DNA of 62,196 nucleotides, filler included, from Vannella sp. (lineage: Eukaryota): the NCBI GenBank assembly GCA_023345925.1. It is 6 parts of 6 records of this genome, joined end to end, with 100 filler letters (N's around TTAATTAATTAA, not from the genome) between each part and the next. Parts side by side here need not be neighbours in the genome. Positions count along the whole stretch, not along the records: positions 1 to 13,822 come from JAJQQN010000154.1; positions 13,923 to 20,586 come from JAJQQN010000710.1; positions 20,687 to 30,158 come from JAJQQN010000293.1; 3 more parts are not named here. The stretch is one strand, 5' to 3'. Of the stretch, positions 13,301-23,229 are shown one piece after another (within the stretch, counting starts at the first letter, position 1; each line of letters begins with the position of its first letter). A model generated the notes under the pieces. The model saw only the letters and a list, made by a program, of their open reading frames with translations. It was not told the origin of the DNA and searched no databases. The position numbers and the translations under genes are program-made.

Positions 13301-13645
13301 GTGCGAAGCTCCCTCTTTGGTCATCCTAGGAGATAACAAGTGAAGTTTCTCACTCTCTTCACAAGAAGAAACGCTCTCCTCTTCACTGCACATGCTTAAC
13401 GAGGTCGTCCCCCGGCCGTAGTCCGTACAAGTCAGCTCTCTTGGCGCTCCTTGATCCACTGTGGTGAGCAAAAGGGGTGGCATAGTCACCAGCAGCTCAG
13501 GTACCAAGCCTACACCCATCTGGACCGTCTCGACCACGGCCAAAGCGTCGTCAATCCGCTTCAACCAGCCAGCCAAAGCAGAGTCCATGAACAATGACAT
13601 CAGCAACCTTCTCCATGCCCCTAACAGCCCACCAATCGAGCCCAT
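10315..13645 (-). CDS. C2 - RasGAP-like - RGS - DUF547 protein
   Basis: C2 (FRTRTVFNTQTPVWNETF), RasGAP-like (DILFQKFFCPVIATPATFGL, VLAKLLGNLA), RGS (FRKFLTETHCVENLQFW...DLFKTAKLEV...EDSFPKF), DUF547 (KLTFWLNTYNTLVLH...YSLSEIEHCVLR). Final exon after GC-AG intron 10513-10558 reads ISVPQVFKWFAHD...DLS*. Start codon uncertain. Confidence 0.8.
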
Positions 13646-13822
13646 TTGGGCGCATTTGCTTTCCCGCCAAGAGGGAGGGCCATGTCCTCTCTCCTGTCTG
13701 TTGATTCGCCAAGTGAGGTGAGAACCATGAGGAGAGAGTGAGAGCGAGTATAGTGACGAAGAGGGACAGTCTGGGTCTCGAAGGAGAGGGTCCAACCGTA
13801 AAATGGCCCGGTCTACGGGCGA

Positions 13823-13922
13823 NNNNNNNNNNNNNNNNNNNNNNNNNNNNNNNNNNNNNNNNNNNNTTAATTAATTAANNNNNNNNNNNNNNNNNNNNNN
13901 NNNNNNNNNNNNNNNNNNNNNN
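13823..13922. other. Artificial contig spacer
   Basis: 44 N + TTAATTAATTAA (stops in all six frames) + 44 N. Confidence 0.98.
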
Positions 13923-13931
13923 AAGAGGAGG

Positions 13932-14798
13932 TCATGACGTTTCAGGTCCTGATTGGAGTTTCAGTAGAGAACGCCACGCCTGTTCCACATCCGCAACCAC
14001 CAGTGGGTCCCATTCTGGAAGGAACCCATCATGACGAGAGAAGATCCGAATGGACCACTCCGCATGGAAAGCCCTTTTCTGTTGAGCGGAATGCGCGTCA
14101 CTGAAATACTCGAAAGTCATGGTGATCTTGAAGCGGGTTGTTCCTGCTAAGTACCCATCGTATGTACGAACCCACCAAGAGTTTAGATGGTCAAAGACCA
14201 GCGGATTCTCGTGATACCTCTCGGCAATCGCCCAAGGGAACAACCGCGCCACGTCCCCGCAAGTGAGCAAGGAAACCTCCTCCTTCTTCATATACACGCG
14301 CGTCTCCCGTGAGAACTTGTCGTAGTCCACGTGGAGGTCTTCCTCGCACTTTTGGTCGGCCTTTAAGCCACTGGCAGGCCAGAAGGGAAGGCGCAAGGCT
14401 CTTTTGGCATTCCTCGCGTTTCCTTTGAGGTCTATGGAGAGATCTGTACCATTGGTTCCTCGGTACTCTCGCACACGAAGGTCATACGGGACATGGCAGC
14501 TTCCCCAACCCCCCAACTTTGCGCTACTCTGTTTCCGGTGGAGTGTGTGGCGTTCGGTCAAGCTCACATTGAAGAAAACGGAGTTATCGTCAAAGTGTTG
14601 AACCCACGCCCTCGTCAGGCCCTCACGGTCAGTCACAGCAGCAGGATTCGAAAGGGTGATCTGGTACTCCTTCGTCCAAGCCACCCTCGCGTTACTGGGA
14701 TGCCCCTTTCCATCCTGTAGCCACCCATACAGTCCCACCAACAATGCAAAGCAACACAAACACGCCACACTCAACATAGCCAGCGACCGCCTGGACAT
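13932..14798 (-). CDS. Uncharacterised protein with N-terminal signal/anchor; possible CYTH-like fold
   Basis: Single open frame. Hydrophobic N-terminus (AMLSVACLCCFALLVGLYGW). Motifs KEYQI, YDLRVRE, IDLKG, KCEEDL, AEWSI. Confidence 0.55.
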   Translation of the reverse strand: MSRRSLAMLSVACLCCFALLVGLYGWLQDGKGHPSNARVAWTKEYQITLSNPAAVTDREGLTRAWVQHFDDNSVFFNVSLTERHTLHRKQSSAKLGGWGSCHVPYDLRVREYRGTNGTDLSIDLKGNARNAKRALRLPFWPASGLKADQKCEEDLHVDYDKFSRETRVYMKKEEVSLLTCGDVARLFPWAIAERYHENPLVFDHLNSWWVRTYDGYLAGTTRFKITMTFEYFSDAHSAQQKRAFHAEWSIRIFSRHDGFLPEWDPLVVADVEQAWRSLLKLQSGPETS

Positions 14799-14855
14799 AA
14801 TCGCCAAACAAATGAAAAATGGATTTAAAAATTAATTCCCATTTCAAAAATGAAT

Positions 14856-16674
14856 TTAGTCAGTGAGTGAGGTTTCGAGAGCGCTAAGATCCACAAGGGC
14901 CATGGAGCCCATCCGACTTTCCAGTTCCAGGATCTCAGCGACGATTCTGAGACTAGTGTAGATGTGGTCTTCAGCAGAAAGGTTGGAGCTGTGGATTTTC
15001 ATAATCCTACGGGAGTGCGGAGCAATAATGAAAGTCACTCGGCCAGGCATCAATCCACCCATGAAGTTAGGGACCTGGTAAGAAGCCCGGACGGCGCCAT
15101 CATCATCACTGCCCGCCACAGTTAGAAAGATACTCCTAGTGAGGATACCCACTTGCCTCATAAGGTGGAAAGGAAGTTTGTAAGTTTCAGCAAAGCGTTT
15201 CTGGCATTCCAGAGTATCTGAACTGACTCCAACCACCTGACAGTTGGAATAGAAAAAGTACGAAAAGTTGTCTCGGAATGCCTTGTTCTGAGCAGTGCAA
15301 AGCGGAGTGAACGCTATTCAGCAGAATTGAGTGGCCAAGAAAGAGATTAATGAAAGGGACTCACACTTGGGATAGAAGAACAAAACAACCTTTTGTCCGT
15401 CGTCCAAGAGATCATACAAGGAAAATGGGGTTCCATCAGGCCTCTTCCCCACAGCAGGAATGTTTGGAGCCACTTTCCCCACCGTAACGTGGGACTGAAC
15501 AGGGTCGACAATGTTGGATCCCACGCAGTCCGCTTCCGCTTGAGAGGTACACTTTTGGTGCGCTGGTTTGCCACACTTCTGGCATACACTGAACTTGACA
15601 GGCCTTCTCTTTGACTTGGGCGCAATGACCTTTTGGCAAACGGCACACCAAGAAACGTTCGTTGACTTTTGCCCTTTCCATTCGTGGGGGTCTTTGCGGG
15701 TGATCAGGGACTCCACCAAAGGACTCGCAGTCATGTACGTTGGAATAGACTCCACAGTTAGCTTCTCAAAGTCCTCATCCGCGATCACTTCATCGTCAGA
15801 AAACTCGTCTTCCACTTCCCAGCGGACCACTTTCTCCTCTACCAGAGCCATTGATAGGCTTGGAAGATCATGCATACTGCGACGAGGACTTGATGGTTCC
15901 TTGGGACTGGAAAAGAGCCCGTGGAAGTTGTCCACAATGAACTCAGCGGCTTTGCATTGGCGCGGAACGTTCAAGATGTAAGTGTGATCGAACTTTGCAG
16001 GGCGGAACCACACTGGTCCAAAGACTACTCATGTCAGAATGGGCACTGGGGTCGTTGGTACGTACTAATGCCACAGTTTGTGATGTTCATTCGGTTGGAC
16101 GCCTCTTCGCTGATGACTTCCTGCAAGAACTCTGCCAAGCATTGGATGATCTTGATGTGTTCTGCGGGAAGTCCATCGATCAGCTTCTTCATGGTCGCAA
16201 CACGGAGCTTCTCTGGGCCTTCAGGAACAGCAATGAACGCATCAAACTGATGGACAGGAACCACGGAGATCTCTGAGGAGGTCAAATAGCCTTTGAGAGC
16301 CGTGGAGACCACGTAGGCACACTCTTCCTTGTCTTCTGGAAGTGGAAGGGGCTGGTTGATGTCCTTCTGGAGTGAAGCCAAGACGCTACGGACGGTCTCA
16401 GCCCTCCCGGAAATGCGGAAGATTCCGTCGACCTTCTGCGCTTGGTTCTCTCGAAGGTACTTCAACAGCACATGAAGCTTCTCAACAGACAGCTTCTCGT
16501 CTTCTCTCTTCTCCAGAGCTTGGATCATGCGAGGAAGCTCTAATCAAACAGTCAGCAATCACCCCTTGCCTCTACCTCCTCACCCGTCTCTGACTTTGAT
16601 CTGGTGAACAAGCTCCTAAAAGATGCTCGCCTTTTGCGGCCAAGTCCAGAAAGTGAGCGCTTCAGAGAGGCCAT
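14856..16674 (-). CDS. RhoGAP - C1 zinc finger - peroxiredoxin (BCP/PrxQ-like) fusion (multi-exon)
   Basis: RhoGAP GIFRISG (Arg finger), [21 protein letters not shown]1 HEW...CAVCQK...[12 protein letters not shown]...C. Prx [23 protein letters not shown]...VVGVSSD...PFHLM|SDDDG...PGRVTFII after removing introns 15314-15364 and 15109-15156. Confidence 0.8.
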
Positions 16675-16741
16675 GACCCATAGAGAATGAGACCTTTTCC
16701 GGAGACAGGACAATCGGCGATTGTGCCCGATGGAGAGGGTC

Positions 16742-16767
16742 CTGATTGGAGTAAACTGGCCAATCAG
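16742..16767. promoter_or_regulatory. Pair of CCAAT boxes upstream of the RhoGAP-Prx gene
   Basis: CTGATTGG at 16742-16749 and CCAATCAG at 16760-16767, 70-90 bp upstream of the ATG at 16674. Confidence 0.45.
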
Positions 16768-16876
16768 CAAGCTTGTGGAAAATCGTGGACAACTGCAAAA
16801 ATAGAAAATTGGGTTCGTGAAAGAGAAGATCTTTTTCCTCAAGCTGAGAATCAATTGATCCTGGTCCAGAATCAGT

Positions 16877-17477
16877 TTATGCAGAACGGCAAAACTGTTT
16901 GTGATTGGGCCAGTCGTTCGTTTGGCAGTCGCTTGAGGGAGAGTAAGATTGGTAACCAAGAACATGGGAACAACATACCGTCCGCAGTAGTAAGAAGTCT
17001 TGCAAGTGGCGCAACGGGAATACTGGCCAACGGCGGCTTCTGTCTCCGTGCACTTGGCGCAGCGACGGCGTCCATCTGCTCCAACAAGAGAAGTACCATT
17101 GATGGCAATCAACTCCACCTCAAAGATGAGGTCTGCGTTTGGAGGGATAACACCCCCAGCGCCTTGGGCTCCATAGCCAAAGTCAGGCGTAATGGATAGC
17201 TTAGCCTTTTCGCCCAAGCTCATCTTCATCACACCTTCGTCCCACCCACGAATAACCTGTATACGCATATACACTTAGAACTACTTGCAAACAGCAACAC
17301 TGAGTCACTCACCTGTCCTTTGCCAATGCGGAAGTTGAAAGCACGCCCCTTTGGAATAGAAGAGTCGAAGACAGTGCCGTTCAACAACGTTCCAGTGTAA
17401 TGCATTGCAAGAAAGTCTCCTTCCTTGGGGTAGGTCTTGCCATCACCGTTAACCAGAGTCTCCACCTCAACACCCAT
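16877..17477 (-). CDS. FKBP12-type peptidyl-prolyl isomerase with C-terminal MYND zinc finger (3 exons)
   Basis: MGVEVETL...[15 protein letters not shown]...[12 protein letters not shown]...PDFGYG...[13 protein letters not shown], then in the same exon CAKC...[29 protein letters not shown] at 16877-16879. Confidence 0.88.
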
Positions 17478-17581
17478 ATGAACCGCAGCAATTGACAGTT
17501 TCCAAATGTATTTTTGTAAGCGATAAAATATGCCTCGCCTTTTGATGGACCAAATTACTGAATCATTTTTGGTTGGCAGCG

Positions 17582-17861
17582 ATGGCTATCGGTCCGATGA
17601 TGCCTTCCCTTGTGGTCATTGGGACCTTCATTGGCGCACTGTGTACCTTACCAAGCTTGGCCAACTACGTCTTTACAGGGAAGGTGAGAGCCAGCGCCTC
17701 TGTAGTTCTTTCCTTCCAAACTTACGCATGTGGCCGTGCTACTCGCGATCTAGCCAACCCGCCGTATTCGGAGAGATGAGTGGGATATCCGCATGGACGC
17801 CAGAGACGAATACAAAGTATGGAGAGAGCAGAACAAGGATGTCCGATACAGCGCCATCTAA
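17582..17861 (+). CDS. NDUFA1: Complex I subunit NDUFA1 (MWFE)-like, 69 aa, 2 exons
   Basis: Exons 17582-17683 and 17754-17861 give MAIGPMMPSLVVIGTFIGALCTLPSLANYVFTGK|PTRRIRRDEWDIRMDARD..., i.e. one TM helix then the G[KR]P..R...D.WD..M..RD pattern. Confidence 0.7.
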
Positions 17862-17920
17862 ACCAACCTCCCCTCCCACTTCAGCAAACCAAACCCTCAC
17901 ACAATTCTTTATATAAGAAA

Positions 17921-20586
17921 ATGGAAGCTTTTGAGAGTTGGAATGGCTATTTTCATCACAGCCCGGCCTGGGGAGTTGGCCCTCCCATGCAACGGTCGTC
18001 GCTTCGCAGTAGCCACTCTGGTGTGCGGGCACCTGCTGCTGGAGTAAGGGCCAGCGGTGTGGGGTCTGGATCTCCGGTGCAACGGCGGCGACGGAGTTCG
18101 TTGACCCATGTGGGGGAGGATTCCGATGCTGCTGGCACGCAGAATAGCCTTGGGAGTCCGATGGATGCGGTAGTGGGTGCTATAAACCCTGATCCTCCGT
18201 TCTTCTGTGAGCCACGGCACTCCTCCATCATGCACGTGCAACCTTCCGCTTCTCAGGACATCGATGACGATGCGAAGGTGCTGTTGGATGATCCCACAAG
18301 TCCTCCTTCAACCCTCGAGCTCACAGAGTGGAGAATCCAGAGTCGAGTACGTTGGACCTCCTTCATCGCTTCGAAGAAGCACCTTTTGACGGATTTCTCT
18401 CTCTCTAGACGAAGACTGGCTTTGCCATTCTCACCTTGGCTTTGAACATTGGCATTGATCCTCCCAACCTCATGAAAACAAGCCCTTGCGCTCGCATGGA
18501 GTGTTGGATTGAACCAGGAGCCCTTCCTGCTTCCGAGTCCCTTCTTAGCATTGGAAGGGCTCTTCAGTCTCAGGTAAGCATCTCCCTTGAACGATAGTAA
18601 CATTGAACTTATTGTGCTTCAGTACGAGCGGTGGCAACCGCGTGCTCGCTACAAACAATGCCTTGATCCAACTCTCGATGAAATCAAGAAGGTTTGCAAG
18701 AGCATGCGCCGGAACGCGAAGCGAGAGCGCATTCTCTTTCATTACAATGGTCGAGGTGTTCCCTTCCCCACGAACAACAGCGAGATCTGGGTCTTTAACA
18801 AGGTAATACGCTCCTACTCCGAACCGGTTCTCCGTCCTGACGCTTGGTGTGGCGATAGAACTTCACCCAGTACATTCCATTATCGATATATGACCTAGAT
18901 ACATGGATAGGGAGCCCAGCTATCTACGTATTCGACTGTTGTAAGGCAGAGATCATCCTCAAGTGGTTCGCCCGCTTCTCCTCCCAAAGGCAGGCGGAGG
19001 AAGCACGTGAAGCGGCTGAAGAGAAGCGAAAACCCACGGGTTCTCCCCCTCCTGAGCCTCGTAACGTCATCTTACTAGGAGCATGCCAAGAGCGCGAGAT
19101 CTTGCCCGCCAATCCCAACCTCCCCGCTGATCTCTTTACTGCATGCCTCACCACACCGATCAAGATGGCTCTACGCTGGTTCATATCCCGCACAGCCCTC
19201 ACAGGTATCACCGGGGAGATGCTCGACGCCCTTCCCGGGTCAGTAGCTGATCGGCGCACTCCTTTGGGAGAGCTCAACTGGATCTTCACCGCCATTACAG
19301 ACTCTATCGCTTGGAACGTGCTCCCCCCGCACCTGTTCCAAGACCTATTCCGCCAGGACCTGCTGGTGGCCAGTCTCATGCGCAACTATCTGCTTGCTGA
19401 GCGGATCATGCGCAGTTGTGGATGCACCCCAGTGTCTACTCCAGCTCTACCACCAACATTCCAGCATCCCCTGTGGCGCGCGTGGGATCTGGCCGTTGAC
19501 ATTTGTATTTCCCAGATTCCGGAGTTACAGAGGAACCCCAAAGCCTTCCAGCCGAACCCTTTCTTCAATGACCAGCTCACTGCGTTTGAGGTTTGGCTTG
19601 AGTTTGCTTCGGAGGAGAACAAGAAGCCTCCGGAGCAGCTGCCTATTGTCCTTCAAGTGCTTTTGAGCAAGCAACATCGATATCAAGCTCTGCTTCTTCT
19701 GGCTCGTTTCTTGGACCTGGGGAGTTGGGCAGTGAACTATGCACTCTCGGTGGGTATCTTTCCGTATGTACTGAAGCTTCTTCAGAGCCCTTTGGATGAG
19801 CTGCGCCCCATTTTGGTTTCTATCTGGGCGAAGATTCTCGCTTTGGACTCTTCTTGTCAAGCAGATCTTCTCAAAGACTCGGGCCAGATCTATTTCATGA
19901 AGATTGTTAGCGCTCCTTCCCTTCCTTCCAAAGAACGCGCTTCCTCACTCTTTGTACTTTGCGCTGTCATGGACCGTCATCAACAGGGCCAAGCTGTCTG
20001 CCTCAATTATGGTCTGATGTCCAAATGCCTTGCAGCATTGAGTGATGAGAGCCCGGACATCCGCTGGTGGTCTATTTTGTGTATGGCCAAGCTATGGCAA
20101 GACTATCCCGAAGGCAAACGTGCCGCCTTCCGAGAGAACGCTCATGAGCGTCTATGTCAATTCCTTACGAACCCTAGCCCAGAGGTTCGTACCTCGGCTG
20201 TTTTTGCTCTTGGTCACCTTATTGGTGGTGCGGGAGATAACGAAGAGTGGCGACAGATAGAAAAGAATATTGGCTTGACCCTCTTTGTCATCACTGCGGA
20301 TATGAGCCCAATGGCTCGCCAAGAGCTCTTATACTCCTTGTCAAGGCTGATCTTTGACCGACCTGAAGTCTTCTTGGATGCTGTGAAAGCCTTTTCACGG
20401 GAGGAGATGAAAATAGCATCAGAAATTGAGGCTTCCCGTTCGCTTAGGAGGTCTTCACTGATTGGGTTGTCTCGGGACCCTCGTCAAGGAAGCAAAGGAC
20501 CATCGGATGTTTACACGAACATCTGGAAGCTCATTCTCACCCTTCGATATGACCCGTTCCCTCCTTGCTCAGAGCTAGCGAGGAAG
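17921..20586 (+). CDS. RPTOR: Raptor/KOG1 TORC1 scaffold, 3'-truncated at the contig end (multi-exon)
   Basis: [10 protein letters not shown]...[104 protein letters not shown], followed by HEAT repeats. Confidence 0.95.
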
Positions 20587-20686
20587 NNNNNNNNNNNNNN
20601 NNNNNNNNNNNNNNNNNNNNNNNNNNNNNNTTAATTAATTAANNNNNNNNNNNNNNNNNNNNNNNNNNNNNNNNNNNNNNNNNNNN
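20587..20686. other. Artificial contig spacer
   Basis: Same N/TTAATTAATTAA/N linker. Confidence 0.98.
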
Positions 20687-21329
20687 TAAGGGGTGTGCAG
20701 ACAAAGGCACCTGTGTACAAGCTAGGGTCCAAGCCGCCGAGAGTGAGGACACCGCCAGCGTTTGGCTTCATGCTCATTGCGTAGATGTTTGCCACTCGTC
20801 CTGTTTGTACCAGTCGTTGGAAAGGTGGGTTGCCTCCCCAAGAACCAGCAGAGAAGGCCATACCGATGACACCATCAATCACAAAGAAGTGCTGGAAGTT
20901 GGCTGTTTGGGCCTCGATCAAGCCAAAGACAACCGTGGTGGAGAGGCTTCCCTGCGAATAGACATCGCTGTAGAGGTCTCCCTTGACAGTGCATGATTGC
21001 TGAGGGTCTGTCAAGTTGCAGGTCTGGTAAGAGTTGACAAAGTCGCAAGTCGTAGTGCAGGGGGCCCGGCAAGTGATCGTGCGGTAGTTACAGCCAATGG
21101 GAGAGAGAGTACTGCTTTTAGAAGTGTCGAAGGAACCAGTGTTTTGCTCATGGCATCCCTATCCTACAGGTTAGGACCGAACAAGTTGCCGAAGGAACGA
21201 GGAGATCGGAGCTCCCAGAGTCAACAGCAGCAGATGATGCTGCCCATCAAGGAAAGAGTGTTTCATTGGCATGTTAACAAACGCCACCACAGAACAAACC
21301 AAGAGCGCTGCCACCAGCAATCTCATCAT
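20687..21329 (-). CDS. Pepsin-family (A1) aspartic protease, N-terminal lobe; 3'-truncated, 5' exon structure unresolved
   Basis: AVDSGSSDLLVPS (catalytic Asp), FDTSKSST, IDGVIGMAF, GGVLTLGGLDPSLYTG. Signal-like MMRLLVAALLVCSVVA at 21329 lies in a different frame. Confidence 0.75.
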
Positions 21330-21547
21330 CACCTACAAAGAATAGACACCTCCCTGCAAAATTAATCTACGCGCACGGTTCGCTCGTGATGATCAGAGGG
21401 CTCCATTTCCTGTACCTCCTCAATAACCATCCCTGCAGGGGAGTACTGCGGAGTTGTAATGAAGAAGCTTACAGACTGAGTGAGGGAATGTCATTTATCA
21501 ACAAGATGTTGAGGCAGCAGGCTGTACAAAGGGAGTGAAGATGCTCG

Positions 21548-21997
21548 TCAGCAGCCAGGACAATCAACGTAATGTTGGGACAGCGGGGCGTCGAGGGATG
21601 TGCAGCCAACAACACCGTCATAGTCGCAAGTGCCGCCCCAGTAGTCGCATTCCATACATAAGAAGAGGTTCAGAGGGGTGCCGGAGCTTTGGAAAGTGAA
21701 AGCGGTTCCGCTGGTGCTGCAAAAATTTCCTCTTTGAGAGACTGGATAGCATTTTGCCAACTCTCTGTCAGTGAGGGAGTTAGAGCTGGAGACCCAGACG
21801 GAGAGAAAACCATAGAGGTTATTGGTAGTCCCGTTGATGAAGGTGGAGTAGTTGTTGAGGTTGAAATCCTTCGCAGAAGCGGCGATGCAGTAAGCTGAAT
21901 GCTTTTTGACTGATATCTTCCCCACAGTCAGACATCCACCGTTCGCCAACGCAATGAAAGCAAGCACAGCGAAGAACAAGAACACTGCTCGGTCCAT
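21548..21997 (-). CDS. Small secreted Cys-rich protein of unknown function
   Basis: 149-aa single ORF with signal peptide MDRAVFLFFAVLAFIALANG and 10 Cys. Confidence 0.6.
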   Translation of the reverse strand: MDRAVFLFFAVLAFIALANGGCLTVGKISVKKHSAYCIAASAKDFNLNNYSTFINGTTNNLYGFLSVWVSSSNSLTDRELAKCYPVSQRGNFCSTSGTAFTFQSSGTPLNLFLCMECDYWGGTCDYDGVVGCTSLDAPLSQHYVDCPGC

Positions 21998-22756
21998 GGA
22001 AAGGCAGAAAATGGGAATCTAAAAAATTTGGTCGCATTTCACTTCGAAACGGGTGTCAAGATGGGTTCCAAAATGGCATTTGATACTTTTTTATGACTTT
22101 TTGTGCTCTCTGGAGAAGAATGGACGGTCAAAAAAATGGCACAATATTGTGCGATTATGAACTACAAACAATTTTTACCTGCAAAACATGCACTGGACCG
22201 GTAAGATCTAATGATCTCTGTCAAGAAAATTCGTGGGCTTGAACAGTTCCAGGACAGAGAGAATTCACTGTGGATTCGAAGGGGAAGAGGGTTCCAAAAC
22301 CTGTGTTTGCGAGTGTCCTGCTGACCTCCATCTCTTCAGGATAAGCTTTTGGCCTGATTTGATTTTTTCACTTTTTCAGTTTTGGGTGCTTCAATGGCGG
22401 GAAATACCTTGCTGCTCTCCTCTCGACTTTCACCAAGGATGAACAAGCCAATAGATCAACGAGTCACATATCTGCAGTTCACCAGTAGGATTTCACTTTT
22501 GTTGTGATGAAACGGGCAGGGGGCTTTGCAACTGGCTTGAGCGAAGAGAAAGAAGCGGAAGTCGACCTTTTCTGGTCGAGAGAAGAAGAGGATCGACTTA
22601 CATCTTTGCTCTTCGCAGGGGGTGCTCCGCTACTTGCCAACCTCCCTGAGGAGTCTGAGGCTCTTGGTGATGCTTCAAAGTGCGTTCTCTGGGTGTCTAG
22701 AAGCGCCCACTTACCCCGCTTAGGAAAGAAGCGTCTGATCCCAAAGAAGATCAAGC

Positions 22757-23110
22757 TCGAATCTCAGCGTGAAGAAGAGGTTTATTTGTTCTCACTTTCT
22801 CGCCTTCGAAAGGAAGAGAAGTCTGCAGACTTGGATCACAATACCTTGGAGAGGTTTATTTGTTATCGCTTTCGAGACATGGTTTGGAGAAGAAGATGGG
22901 CCAACCAGGCCCCTTCCCTCCATCTGCTATTGATACGGGGATGCGTTTTGCAGGAAACTGGGGGTTGCATTCAATAGTCATTTTAGTTAAGGCTAAATAA
23001 ATCCAGAGGTACTCCGGATAGGAAGCTCTCCTTCCAAGAAGCCTTTCTGATTCTGATTCCTACTCCTGATCTATTTCTTATTGCCGTGAGTGACACCTGC
23101 TAAACGGGTA
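22757..23110 (-). pseudogene. Decayed duplicate of the 3' end of the helicase-RdRP gene
   Basis: 43-nt exact match 22757-22799 = 23205-23247. Minus strand of 22850-22985 gives TIECNP/SFLQNASPYQ*QME..LAHLLLQTMS..ESDNK* versus the gene's TVECDPAFLQNASPPPEEME..MARLLLQTLA..ESENK*. TGAGTGACACCTGCT at ~23087 also occurs at ~24096. Confidence 0.75.
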
Positions 23111-23229
23111 TCCAGAATGTTCGAAGGGTAAAGACTCAACAGCAGTCCCTGTGAATCTTCTCCTTCGACAAACGAAGAGAATTGAACCTCCTTTTTACAC
23201 GCAATCGAATCTCAGCGTGAAGAAGAGGT

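Noticed and set aside
13823..13922. TTAATTAATTAA flanked by Ns, recurring five times, as a biological repeat
   Set aside because: Identical 100-nt construct with stops in all frames: an artificial contig joiner. Gene neighbourhoods across it were not interpreted.
16552..17274. ORF-track fusion of FKBP with the RhoGAP N-terminus
   Set aside because: Arises from reading through an intron and intergenic DNA; the spliced FKBP-MYND stops at 16877.
17530..17916. 128-aa ORF
   Set aside because: Overlaps the spliced NDUFA1-like gene in another frame and shows no recognisable motifs.
22504..22977. 157-aa plus-strand ORF
   Set aside because: No motifs; partly antisense to the decayed RdRP duplicate.
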